A DNA stretch of 64,000 bases from Nitrosarchaeum sp. (GTDB lineage: Archaea > Thermoproteota > Nitrososphaeria > Nitrososphaerales > Nitrosopumilaceae), in contig OZ245020.1 of the NCBI GenBank assembly GCA_965223865.1, positions 544,001 through 608,000 of the forward strand, read 5' to 3'. Position numbers and translations under genes: made by a program. Under the pieces are notes generated by a model that did not search any database, was not told the origin of the DNA, and worked only from the letters and a program-made list of their open reading frames with translations. Within the stretch, counting starts at the first letter, position 1, and every line of letters starts with the position of its first letter. This document shows positions 1 through 9,389 of this stretch, in pieces.

Positions 1-1
1 A

Positions 2-556
2 GAAAGATTTGATGAAGCAATTATTTATGCTGATAAAGTTTTAGAAATAAAAAATTCTGACATCTACGCATTAAAAAATAAAATCTATGCACTTGAAAAA
101 TTAAAAAAATACCAAGAAGCAATAGATTGCTGCAAACAAATTCTTGAAATTTCTAAAGATGATATTTGGACTTTGAACAGCATAGGTTTGTCACTAAATA
201 AATTGGATAGACATGATGATGCCATCAGTTATTATGATATGGTATTAAAATTAGATGAACATGATATTACAGCACTGATGAATAAGGCTATCTCACTTGA
301 TCATTTAGAAAAAATTAAAGAATCAATAGAATATTATGACAAAGCACAGATATCAGATCCTAAATCAAAGGAAGCCTCTATTGCAAAATCAAAGGCATTT
401 CAAAAACTAGGTCTAGACGATGAGGCATTTTTAGCTGCTCAAGGAGTTCTGTTAAAGGATATGGAAAAAATCAAAATTGATGCAAAAAATAACAAATGTA
501 CAGTATTTCATCAATTCTGTGAAAATGAATTTGCATATTTAGAATCTAAAAAATAA
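2..556 (+). CDS. TPR-repeat protein (5' end outside window)
   Basis: Frame is open from base 2 (ERFDEAIIYADKVLEI...) to TAA at 556; repeated TPR-like helices (A..YYD.VL..D...ALMNKA.SL). Confidence 0.85.
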   Translation, partial: ERFDEAIIYADKVLEIKNSDIYALKNKIYALEKLKKYQEAIDCCKQILEISKDDIWTLNSIGLSLNKLDRHDDAISYYDMVLKLDEHDITALMNKAISLDHLEKIKESIEYYDKAQISDPKSKEASIAKSKAFQKLGLDDEAFLAAQGVLLKDMEKIKIDAKNNKCTVFHQFCENEFAYLESKK

Positions 557-607
557 TTTTATTGTCCAACTAAATCAATTTATAAAAGAATTTTTCAAAA
601 AAAAACA

Positions 608-1192
608 ATGTTTACTGGAATTGTTGAAGGAATAGGAAAAGTAGAAAAAATAACAAAAAATACCAAAAATAGAAGTGCAATACAAATGACGGTAAATCTT
701 GGCAAGCATTCAAAAGGATTGAAAATTGGACAGAGTGTTGCTCTAAATGGAGTTTGCCTTACTGTTACAAAATTATCAAAACCTAACTGCATTTTTGAGA
801 TGATTGAAGAAACTACCAAGAAAACTGATCTTGGTAATCTTAAACCAGGAGGAATTGTAAATATTGAACGGAGTTTAAAGGCAGGAGATAGACTTGAAGG
901 ACATTTTGTATTAGGTCATGTTGACGGAGTGGGAATAATAAAGAAAATCCAAAAGAAACCAAAAGAAGTTCAAGTTTGGTTTGAAGTTCCAAAAAGTTTA
1001 GCAAAATATGTTGTTAAAAAGGGTTCAATTGCATTTGATGGAATTAGTTTAACAGTGGTAGATGTAAAAAATAATCTTGCATCTGTTTGCTTAATTCCAC
1101 ATACAATTGAGATCACAAACTTTCAAACAAAGAAAGTAGGCGACAAAGTTAATATTGAAACTGACATTCTTGGCAAATACATTCTAAAATAA
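608..1192 (+). CDS. ribE: Riboflavin synthase (bacterial-type alpha chain)
   Basis: N-terminal MFTGIVE motif; two lumazine-binding repeats (SVALNGVCLTV / SIAFDGISLTV; VNIE). Confidence 0.95.
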   Translation: MFTGIVEGIGKVEKITKNTKNRSAIQMTVNLGKHSKGLKIGQSVALNGVCLTVTKLSKPNCIFEMIEETTKKTDLGNLKPGGIVNIERSLKAGDRLEGHFVLGHVDGVGIIKKIQKKPKEVQVWFEVPKSLAKYVVKKGSIAFDGISLTVVDVKNNLASVCLIPHTIEITNFQTKKVGDKVNIETDILGKYILK

Positions 1193-1203
1193 AATCTATA
1201 ATC

Positions 1204-1246
1204 TACTACTTCTTTAGTAATTACAATAATTTTAGTAAACTTTATA
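1204..1246 (+). promoter_or_regulatory. Two tandem TACTA-N6-TAGTA palindromes followed by the TATA box of the ribB operon
   Basis: TACTActtcttTAGTA (1204-1219) and TACAAtaatttTAGTA (1222-1237) at an 18-bp period; TTTATA at 1241-1246, about 27 nt before ATG 1273. Confidence 0.6.
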
Positions 1247-1272
1247 ATCTGTTCAAAGTCGATTTTTCATAC

Positions 1273-1938
1273 ATGTCACTTGAATCTGGTCTTCAATCAT
1301 TAAAAAGAGGAGAATTTGTATTACTATTTGATTCTGCAGGCCGAGAAAATGAAATTGATATGGTGGTGGCAGCAGAATTTGTTACACCAGAACATGTAGC
1401 TAGAATGAGACAACATGCTGGAGGTCTTTTATGTATTGCAGTGGACAATAATTTTGCAAATTCATTAGATTTAAGATACATGCACGAGATTTTGGCTAAT
1501 TCTGACATTTCAACCAAAGAAATGATTATGGGCTTGGCACCTTATGGTGATCATCCGACATTTTCAATTTCTGTAAATCACTATCAAACTTATACTGGAA
1601 TTACAGACAAGGACAGATCATTGACCATTAGGGAATTGGCCAATATTTATAATGTTGATAATCAAAAGAAAAAGTTTGTTTCATCTTTTAAAACTCCAGG
1701 ACATATTCCATTACTTATTGCATCTAAAGGATTATTAAATACTAGACAAGGTCATACTGAAATGTCAGTTTACCTTGCTCAAACTGCTAACTTGACTCCA
1801 GTTACTGCTATTTGTGAAATGATGGATGCTGAAACCTATGCCGCATTATCTATAGAAAAGGCAGAAAAATATGCAAAACAAAATGGAATTCCATTGATTG
1901 ATGGAAAAGAACTTTTAGAATACGCAAAGGTGCATTAA
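1273..1938 (+). CDS. ribB: 3,4-dihydroxy-2-butanone-4-phosphate synthase
   Basis: RENEID, TGITDKDR, FKTPGH, RQGHTE and ICEM motifs. Confidence 0.95.
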   Translation: MSLESGLQSLKRGEFVLLFDSAGRENEIDMVVAAEFVTPEHVARMRQHAGGLLCIAVDNNFANSLDLRYMHEILANSDISTKEMIMGLAPYGDHPTFSISVNHYQTYTGITDKDRSLTIRELANIYNVDNQKKKFVSSFKTPGHIPLLIASKGLLNTRQGHTEMSVYLAQTANLTPVTAICEMMDAETYAALSIEKAEKYAKQNGIPLIDGKELLEYAKVH

Positions 1939-1940
1939 CT

Positions 1941-2357
1941 TTGAATATTGCTGTAGTGGTTTCGGAATTTAATGAAGAAGTGACGTCTAGAATGCTTTTA
2001 GTAGCTCAAGAAAAAGCAAAAAAAATGAAATTAAAAATCAAACATACATGTAATGTTCCAGGTGCTTATGATATGCCTATAATTGTGGATGCGTTATTAC
2101 AAAAAAAGTATATTGACGGTGTAATCACATTAGGTGCAATCATTAAAGGACAAACAAAACACGATGAAGTAATTGCAAATTCAACTGCTCAGGCATTAAC
2201 TAATCTTTCCTTAAAATATCAAAAACCTGTCTCATTAGGAATTACTGGACCTGGAATGCAAGAAAGACATGCATATGCTAGAATACGTCCGGTAGCTGAA
2301 AGAGCAGTTGAGGCTATTGTAAAGATTTCAGATGAATTAGATCGGATTCAGAAATGA
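1941..2357 (+). CDS. ribH: 6,7-dimethyl-8-ribityllumazine synthase
   Basis: IAVVVSEFN, VPGAYDMP, LGAIIKGQTKHD motifs; TTG start. Confidence 0.95.
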   Translation: MNIAVVVSEFNEEVTSRMLLVAQEKAKKMKLKIKHTCNVPGAYDMPIIVDALLQKKYIDGVITLGAIIKGQTKHDEVIANSTAQALTNLSLKYQKPVSLGITGPGMQERHAYARIRPVAERAVEAIVKISDELDRIQK

Positions 2358-3103
2358 TTCAGATAAGCATTTTGAAAATTAATGGATATGGACCTTGGAC
2401 CCTTACTCTAGGAAGTGATAGAGAGCATGAACTACAAATGCTTCAGGCATCATTATACAAGGAGATTCAGAGATTATTTTCAGAAAATAATTGCCTAGTT
2501 TTCTTAAATAGATCTGATGAATTTTTTGTAGTCTCAAATGGTCTAGGATTAGATGAACACATAAAAATCCAAAAATCACTAGAAAAATCTTTTGATATTC
2601 GACTTTCAATATCTATTGGATATGGAGATTCCCCATTTGCAGCTAATCTAAAAGCTTATGATGGAAAAAAAAATGAAATCATTCTCAGTAAAGAACACAA
2701 TATTTTTGGTTATCTCACCAAATCTCCACTATCAGTTTCTATAATGCATCTTGATGTAGATGATCTTACATCCCAAAGAAAAACAAACTCTCCATATGAG
2801 ATTTCCTCAATAATCTTTAGTCTTTATTCAAAAATGTCAAAATATTTTATAGAAAAAAATTCTTTGACATTTTACGTGGGTGGAGATAATTTTATGGTTG
2901 TTGCAAGTGAGGAGGGAAAAAATTCAGTTAAGGAGTTTATTGAATCTGCAAAAAATGAAGATCAAATAATTTTGAATTGTGGAATTGGAAATGCTAAAAC
3001 TGCCAGAGAAGCTGTTAAACTTGCCACAAAATCTCTTGATACGATAAGAGAAATTAGAGATTCAGGTAAAGAAAAGCCTGATGTTTATGAATTATCATGT
3101 TGA
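2354..3103 (+). CDS. gch3: GTP cyclohydrolase III (archaeal)
   Basis: GYGPWTLTLGSDREHELQ, HLDVDD and YVGGDN motifs; located in the rib operon. Confidence 0.9.
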   Translation: MIQISILKINGYGPWTLTLGSDREHELQMLQASLYKEIQRLFSENNCLVFLNRSDEFFVVSNGLGLDEHIKIQKSLEKSFDIRLSISIGYGDSPFAANLKAYDGKKNEIILSKEHNIFGYLTKSPLSVSIMHLDVDDLTSQRKTNSPYEISSIIFSLYSKMSKYFIEKNSLTFYVGGDNFMVVASEEGKNSVKEFIESAKNEDQIILNCGIGNAKTAREAVKLATKSLDTIREIRDSGKEKPDVYELSC

Positions 3104-4287
3104 TAAAAAATGCAAGTATTCTGTTAGGAAAAGAATTAGACTTTATTTCAAATACTAACATAAAGATTCAAAATAATAGATTCAAACGAATTCAACCAAA
3201 AATTAGAGCTAGTTCCAAAGAAGAAATTATTGATGTTGAAGGTTTATTGATAATTCCTGGCTTTGTAAATTGTCATACTCATATTGGTGATTCCATTGGA
3301 AAAGATGTTACACTAAATACATCGGTGAATAAAAAAATTCATCCTGTTTTTGGAGCAAAATCAAAAATTCTCAATAAAACTAACAAAGAAATTCTTGGAA
3401 GCTTTATGAAAAATTCATGTAATTCTATGTTAACAAAAGGAATTACTACTTTTGTTGATTTTAGAGAGGGAGGCATAGATGGTGTATTACTTCTTAAAGA
3501 AATACTGAAAAAATCTCCAATACGCTCAATAGTTCTTGGTAGACTAGATTATTACCAAAATCCCAATGAAATACGAAAAAATATCTCCTTGCCTAAATCA
3601 AAGCTACAAAATCTTGAAGAATTACTAAAAAAATGTGATGGCCTTGGAATCAGCGGAGCCAATGAAAACAGTACATCCGTGTTAAATCAGTATTCAAAAA
3701 CATCAAAAATTAGAGCAATTCATGCCTCTGAAACTAAACAAAGCGTTTTAGCGTCAAAGAAAATGACTCGAAAATCAGAAACCATACGTGCCTTGACCCT
3801 AAAACCTCATTTTCTAATACACATGACTTATGCTTCTTTAGGAGATCTACATGCCGCATCAAAGAGAACTAGAGGCATAGTAATTTGTCCTAGAGCAAAT
3901 GCCTCTCTAGCAGAAGGAATTCCAGATATTGAATTGATGAAAAAAGCTGGTTGTACTTTAGCATTGGGCACAGACAACGTTATGGTTAATTCTCCTGATA
4001 TGTTCAGAGAAATGGATTATCTGTGGAAAGCAACTATGGCAATTCACAAAAAAAGAATCAATCCAAAAGAAATTCTAAAAATGGCTACAGTAAATGGTGG
4101 AAAACTTTTGAGAAAAGATATTGGTGTAATAGAAAATGGAAAACTTGCAGATGGTATATTTATTGAAAAACATTCACTAGACTTGGAACCTATGCATAAT
4201 CCTCATGCCTCAATTGTACATAGAGCTTCACAATCAACAATTCGTGCAGTAATGATAGGAGGCAAAATAGTTCATGGACAAATCTAA
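3097..4287 (+). CDS. Metal-dependent amidohydrolase (deaminase-like, COG0402 type) within the rib operon
   Basis: PGFVNCHTH (HxH), HASE (HxxE), LIH, LGTDN, GKLAD motifs; overlaps both neighbours. Confidence 0.85.
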   Translation: MLIKNASILLGKELDFISNTNIKIQNNRFKRIQPKIRASSKEEIIDVEGLLIIPGFVNCHTHIGDSIGKDVTLNTSVNKKIHPVFGAKSKILNKTNKEILGSFMKNSCNSMLTKGITTFVDFREGGIDGVLLLKEILKKSPIRSIVLGRLDYYQNPNEIRKNISLPKSKLQNLEELLKKCDGLGISGANENSTSVLNQYSKTSKIRAIHASETKQSVLASKKMTRKSETIRALTLKPHFLIHMTYASLGDLHAASKRTRGIVICPRANASLAEGIPDIELMKKAGCTLALGTDNVMVNSPDMFREMDYLWKATMAIHKKRINPKEILKMATVNGGKLLRKDIGVIENGKLADGIFIEKHSLDLEPMHNPHASIVHRASQSTIRAVMIGGKIVHGQI

Positions 4288-4930
4288 CTTGCACATTATT
4301 CTTAGCGCAGCCATTTCTTTAGATGGAAAAATTGCAACCTATGCTGGTGATTCAAAATTATCTTCAAAAAAAGATATTATTAGATTACACAAACTTCGTT
4401 CAAAAGTTGATGCAATTCTAATTGGAAAAAATACTGTAATTAAAGACAATCCATTACTTACTGTAAGATTTTCAAAAGGAAAAAATCCAGTTCGCGTTGT
4501 ACTTGATTCTCAGGGAAAAATTTCTGAAAAATCCAAAATCCTTCAGACATCAAATAAAATACCTACAATAATTGCTGTTTCAAAAAAAATCAGTCCAGAA
4601 AATTTAAAAAATTTAAAAAAATTTCCTGTTGATATTATTGTTTCTGGAAAAAAAACAATCAACATAAAATCTCTAATTAAAGAACTTGAAAAAAGAGGAA
4701 TTCAAACCATTCTTGTAGAAGGTGGTGGAACAATTAATTGGCAATTTATCAAAGATAATTTGTTTAATGAAATATTTCTAACTATATCTCCCTTTATTAT
4801 CGGAGGAGTTAATGCAATATCTTTGGTTCAAGGAAAAGGATTTAAAAAAATTATAAACTCACCTAAACTCAAATTAGATTCCATAAAGAGACTTGAAAAT
4901 TACCTTGTTTTACATTATATCAAAGTGTAA
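4274..4930 (+). CDS. arfC: 2,5-diamino-6-ribosylamino-pyrimidinone 5'-phosphate reductase (RibD C-terminal domain only)
   Basis: SLDGKIA, DAILIGKNTV, DNPLLTVR, LVEGGG motifs; 218 aa with no deaminase domain. Confidence 0.9.
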   Translation: MDKSNLHIILSAAISLDGKIATYAGDSKLSSKKDIIRLHKLRSKVDAILIGKNTVIKDNPLLTVRFSKGKNPVRVVLDSQGKISEKSKILQTSNKIPTIIAVSKKISPENLKNLKKFPVDIIVSGKKTINIKSLIKELEKRGIQTILVEGGGTINWQFIKDNLFNEIFLTISPFIIGGVNAISLVQGKGFKKIINSPKLKLDSIKRLENYLVLHYIKV

Positions 4931-4966
4931 GTTATTATACTTAATTTAGAATAAAACTACAAGAAA

Positions 4967-5239
4967 TTGGTAGTAAAAAAGAAATCTCTAACAAAGAAAA
5001 AAGTTGCAGCAAAAAGAAAAACTGTATCTAAGGTTACAAGAAAAAAAATGGTAACAAGTCAAAAACAAAATCAACTAAATCTAGCTTCTAACAAAAAAGC
5101 ATTTGGAGGTTATGCAATTAGTTTTGCAGGACGAAAAGAAACTATTGAACAAGTTTTTGGTAAGAAACCTATTGCACCAAGTGAAATGACCAAAAAGATC
5201 TGGACATTTGTTAAAGAAAACAGTCTTTCAAACCGTTAA
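4967..5239 (+). CDS. Small Lys-rich protein with a SWIB/MDM2-like C-terminal segment
   Basis: Lys/Arg-rich N-terminus; FGKKPIAPSEMTKKIWTFVKENSL resembles the SWIB core; TATA-like element about 30 nt upstream. Confidence 0.65.
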   Translation: MVVKKKSLTKKKVAAKRKTVSKVTRKKMVTSQKQNQLNLASNKKAFGGYAISFAGRKETIEQVFGKKPIAPSEMTKKIWTFVKENSLSNR

Positions 5240-5245
5240 AAAATC

Positions 5246-5268
5246 AGTTAACGATTTATTCGTTAACT
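5246..5268. terminator. Perfect inverted repeat (terminator hairpin or operator)
   Basis: AGTTAACGA-tttat-TCGTTAACT just after the stop at 5239, followed by a T-rich tract. Confidence 0.4.
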
Positions 5269-5331
5269 AATTTTATCTCTTTTAGCTAAATTAAAAAAAG
5301 ATATAGATATGTCACCTTTGTCGTAAGTAAT

Positions 5332-5889
5332 ATGTCAACTGCATCATTACGAAAGGATCATGATCTTATTGAAAAGGTCATTAAAGCTATGGAGTCCACA
5401 ATTGAATTATTAACTAATAATAAACAAATTCCGGAATCTATTTTATTACCTGTAATCGATTTTTCAAAAAACTTTACTGATGTATGCCATCATAGCAAAG
5501 AAGAGAACTCATTGTTTCCTGCTCTTGAACAAGCAGGAATGCCAAGAAACATGGGGCCTATTGCTATGATGTTAATGGATCATGAACGCTCAAGAGAAAT
5601 TGGAAAACATATGGAAGAATCAGCAAGAGAATATCTTTCTTCTGGAAATTCTGAAAATCTGATTAATGATATGAAACAATATGTTGAACATATTATAGAA
5701 CATTTGTGGAAAGAAAACAATAGATTATTTATGATGGCCGAAGCTCGTTTACAATACGTTTCTGAAAAAGTCGATAAAGAACTTAATGAAATTGAACAAG
5801 CTAAACTCAAGGAGACTGGAAAAACCCGAGAGCATTATGAAAAACTAGTTGAAGACTTAACAAGAGATGTTTCTGAACAAGGATCCTAA
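5332..5889 (+). CDS. Hemerythrin/HHE cation-binding domain protein
   Basis: DH...HHSKEE..LFP...DH...HLWKE metal-ligand pattern. Confidence 0.9.
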   Translation: MSTASLRKDHDLIEKVIKAMESTIELLTNNKQIPESILLPVIDFSKNFTDVCHHSKEENSLFPALEQAGMPRNMGPIAMMLMDHERSREIGKHMEESAREYLSSGNSENLINDMKQYVEHIIEHLWKENNRLFMMAEARLQYVSEKVDKELNEIEQAKLKETGKTREHYEKLVEDLTRDVSEQGS

Positions 5890-6227
5890 GTTTGCCTCAG
5901 TATTTTTGGTCAGGTATTAGGTGTAAGAAAATAAGCAAATGACGATATAGAGGTCGATTTTTGTCACTAAGATGAAAATTACATAGTATCGATATTCACT
6001 AGATCCTAAAAAATTGAGCAATTTTCCAAAATAACTGGTTGAAACTCTGGATACCTTAACATCAGATATCTGTGTTGAGATATATTTTGGAGAAGATGAA
6101 AATTTAAGTCATATGGAATTAGAAGCAGTGATTATGATAGTGAAGATGAAGAACTTGACTATGAATAATCTTCTCAAAATTCAAAATTTTGAATATTTTT
6201 AGAGACTTTTTATGGTATTGTAGAAAA

Positions 6228-7619
6228 TTATTCTACATAGTGATGATGTGTCAAATTATCATAAAATCTCACAGACTTTATGTTTACAAACTCCAGCATT
6301 CCATATCTTGATAGTTCTCTTCCAAACCCACTATGTTTAATACCACCAAATGGAATTCTTGGATCTGAAATCACTACATTATTCACACTAACAATTCCAG
6401 ATTCAATACGTCTTGACATTTTTCCTGCTTTTCCAAGATCTTTTGTCCAAATACTTGCACCCAAACCAAATTCAATATCATTTGCAAGCTTGATTGCTTC
6501 ACTCTCATTTTCAACTACGGTAATTGGAGCTACTGGACCGAATGTTTCTTCCTTTGCTATTCGCATATTTGGTTTAATGTTTGTAAGAATGGTAGGTTGA
6601 TAAAAATATCCCTCCCCATCAATTTTAGAACCTCCTAAAAGAATTTCAGCTCCTTTTTCTTTTGCATCTTCTACAATTTCAGATATGGTATCTAAGCTTT
6701 CTTTACTTGACAGCGGACCTAAATCAGTCTCTATTGATGTGGGGTCTCCTACTTTTAGTTGAGATGCTTTTTTAATAAATAATTCAATAAAGTTTTCAGC
6801 AATATTTTTTCCAACAAAAAACCTTTTTGATGCAACACAACTTTGTCCACAATTGATGAATCTTCCTTTAACTGCTCCTTCAGCTGCCTTCTCAATTATT
6901 GCATCATCAAGTACAATGAAAGGATCACTTCCTCCAAGTTCTAAAACACACTTTTTTAGATTCATAGCAGCGCGTTCACCGACCTTAGCTCCTGCATTCG
7001 TGCTTCCTGTAAAAGTTACGGCATTTACTTCAGAATCAATAAGATGATTTGCTGAATCTACACTACCTACAACTGTCTGAAATATACCATCTGGAATTCC
7101 TGCTTCTGCAAAGGCTTTTTCAATTTCTATGCCTGATTGTAAAGTGATTCTTGATGGTTTCATTACTATTACATTGCCTGCCATCAAGCATGGTGCTGCA
7201 AATCGTAAAGCTTGCCAATATGGAAAATTCCATGGCATAATTGAGCCAATAATTCCAAGTGGCTCAAAAGTCAGGAAACTTTTTCTTGCATCTGTATTTA
7301 GAACTTCATCTGAGAGAAAACTATCTCCATGATCAGCATAAAATTCTAAAGCCCATGCACATTTTTCAACTTCGCCAATTGACTCTTTAAGGGCTTTACC
7401 CATTTCATCTGTAGCTATTTTTGCCAGTTCAGTTTTGTTCTTTTTTAAATATTCAACTAAATTGTAAACATAACTCCTTCGTTTCTCATAATCCTTTTTC
7501 CACTCTGGAAATGCTCTCTTCGCTTTTCCCACCATTTGAAAAACTTGATCTCTATTCATTGCATCATATTTTGCAATTTCTTCTCCTGTTGCAGGATTTA
7601 CTGTTGCTATTTGACTCAA
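6228..7619 (-). CDS. NAD(P)-dependent aldehyde dehydrogenase (succinate-semialdehyde dehydrogenase family)
   Basis: PWNFP, FTGS, LELGGSDP, GQSC, EETFGP, PFGGIKHSG motifs. Confidence 0.93.
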   Translation of the reverse strand: MSQIATVNPATGEEIAKYDAMNRDQVFQMVGKAKRAFPEWKKDYEKRRSYVYNLVEYLKKNKTELAKIATDEMGKALKESIGEVEKCAWALEFYADHGDSFLSDEVLNTDARKSFLTFEPLGIIGSIMPWNFPYWQALRFAAPCLMAGNVIVMKPSRITLQSGIEIEKAFAEAGIPDGIFQTVVGSVDSANHLIDSEVNAVTFTGSTNAGAKVGERAAMNLKKCVLELGGSDPFIVLDDAIIEKAAEGAVKGRFINCGQSCVASKRFFVGKNIAENFIELFIKKASQLKVGDPTSIETDLGPLSSKESLDTISEIVEDAKEKGAEILLGGSKIDGEGYFYQPTILTNIKPNMRIAKEETFGPVAPITVVENESEAIKLANDIEFGLGASIWTKDLGKAGKMSRRIESGIVSVNNVVISDPRIPFGGIKHSGFGRELSRYGMLEFVNIKSVRFYDNLTHHHYVE

Positions 7620-7792
7620 GGATCAAACAAAATATTACTCCATATTTAATTTAGTACCCTCGTTTTCAACTTTTTAGAATACTTTGAAATCATTTCTACA
7701 TTTGGGTTTCTTTTAATTAGGTTACAAGTTAGTTATGGATTTCTCAGTCATAGTAATTACAACTGATTTCTAATTAACATATTTTGCAATTA

Positions 7793-8287
7793 TTATTTCA
7801 CTATAATCACAGGACATTTGGCCTTGTGAATCACATAGTTTGAAACACTTCCAAGAACCATTTCCGTAGTAGGACCTTTGCCTCTTGAACCAATAACAAT
7901 AAAATCAATTTCGTTTTTGTTTAGATTTGAAAATTTTACAATATCGTAACCTGGATTTCCTTTAAGGATTTGGCTAGAAAATTTTGTTTTATTTTTTTCA
8001 CAAATCTCTTTTGCATTATTGATAATTTTCGTTCCATATTTGAGAACTTTTTTTTGGAATCCAATTGGTCTAAGTGATGATAAAGGTTGTAATATTTCAA
8101 TGAGAGGAAGTGATGAAATATCTTTTGGAATCACATAAATTCCAACAATTTGTGAATCTGTGAATTTAGCTAGGTTTATAGCTTCTCTTAAAGCACGTAA
8201 AGAATTTCTTGATCCATCAAGTGGGACTAAAATTTTTTTAATTGATTTTTTAGAAATTTCTTTTTTTGTATGTTTTTTTCTAATCAA
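7793..8287 (-). CDS. Universal stress protein (UspA family)
   Basis: KILVPLDGS and IVIGSRG...LGSVS..V..KAKCPV motifs. Confidence 0.93.
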   Translation of the reverse strand: MIRKKHTKKEISKKSIKKILVPLDGSRNSLRALREAINLAKFTDSQIVGIYVIPKDISSLPLIEILQPLSSLRPIGFQKKVLKYGTKIINNAKEICEKNKTKFSSQILKGNPGYDIVKFSNLNKNEIDFIVIGSRGKGPTTEMVLGSVSNYVIHKAKCPVIIVK

Positions 8288-8313
8288 ATACTTTCCTCTT
8301 TAAAACATTAATG

Positions 8314-8829
8314 CTAAAATGTTTGCTGCATATCTTTTTTGATCTCATCAATTTTCTTCGAATATGCTTTCTTTGATTTATCATTCTTTTTTAAATTTAA
8401 AACATTACCACAAGACGGACACTTGAACATTCCTTCTAATGCATCCTCAAAGGTTACTCTTGGACAATCTTCATTTCCACAATGATAAAAATCGGAAGCA
8501 TTCTCATAATCCAATCGCTGTTGGAGTCTTTCGATGATTTTCTTTTTTTGGTTTTCAATAAAGTTTTCAACTTCCTCTCTTCTTGTTCTCCATCGATAAA
8601 CGAACCAACCTTTTCGTTCATCCTTAACCCTAATTCCTGTGATTAGGGATTTTCCAAAAAGATCATACAGTACCTTTCTCACCATGTTAATTCTCAATCC
8701 CGTAGAACTAGCAATTTCTTCATCAGTAGCGTCCTCTGCCTTCAAAAGTGATCTTGCTACTTTGAGGTATTCATCACCCCCAATCATGGAGGCTATTCGA
8801 ACAAAAGGATCTTCGTATTTGTCTACCAA
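8314..8829 (-). CDS. tfe: Transcription factor E alpha (TFE)
   Basis: Winged helix (TDEEIA...VRKVLYDL, GWFVYRW) plus Zn ribbon (FKCPSCG). Confidence 0.93.
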   Translation of the reverse strand: MVDKYEDPFVRIASMIGGDEYLKVARSLLKAEDATDEEIASSTGLRINMVRKVLYDLFGKSLITGIRVKDERKGWFVYRWRTRREEVENFIENQKKKIIERLQQRLDYENASDFYHCGNEDCPRVTFEDALEGMFKCPSCGNVLNLKKNDKSKKAYSKKIDEIKKDMQQTF

Positions 8830-8855
8830 CTCTAATGACTCCTAATTTTCTACTA

Positions 8856-9389
8856 TTAATCCCTTGTTTCCTCTACCTGAACATTTTTTCCTTTTTTTGC
8901 AGGTATTATCCTTCTTTTTCCACCAAAAAATTTCCTTTCAAATTGTTGTCCTCTCTGAATTCTGTCTAAAAGTATTGCTAAGGCACTAATTTCTGAATGT
9001 GGCTGACTACCAATTCCAACATTATAATCAGCTAGTTCATAAATTTCCCTTGGCACTTTTTCAGCACCTACTACAATAAGCAAATTCTCTTCTTTTTCAA
9101 TTTTTTTTTGTGTCTCATTGATATTTTCTCCGTACATTGTAAGATGAACAATTTTGTAGTTATCGTTTTTTTTCTTTTTAATAATGGATTTCCAATTATC
9201 AATAAACTCAACAACAAAATTTCCTCCCCATGTTGTGTTTATTTTTTTTAAGGTCTCTTTTATTTCTGGATTAACTTTAGTCATGAATATTTTTGATGCT
9301 CCAAAGGCACGAGAAACTAAGGCAACATGTGTTGTTACTCTATCATCTCTAATTACTCTTTGACCAATTCTTACAACCTCAATTACCAT
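8856..9389 (-). CDS. trm56: tRNA (cytidine(56)-2'-O)-methyltransferase
   Basis: [37 protein letters not shown] motifs. Confidence 0.95.
   Translation of the reverse strand: MVIEVVRIGQRVIRDDRVTTHVALVSRAFGASKIFMTKVNPEIKETLKKINTTWGGNFVVEFIDNWKSIIKKKKNDNYKIVHLTMYGENINETQKKIEKEENLLIVVGAEKVPREIYELADYNVGIGSQPHSEISALAILLDRIQRGQQFERKFFGGKRRIIPAKKGKNVQVEETRD

Noticed and set aside
5890-6227. Coding-like intergenic tract (possible gene remnant)
   Set aside because: Only short broken frames with no recognisable family; cannot be supported without a search.
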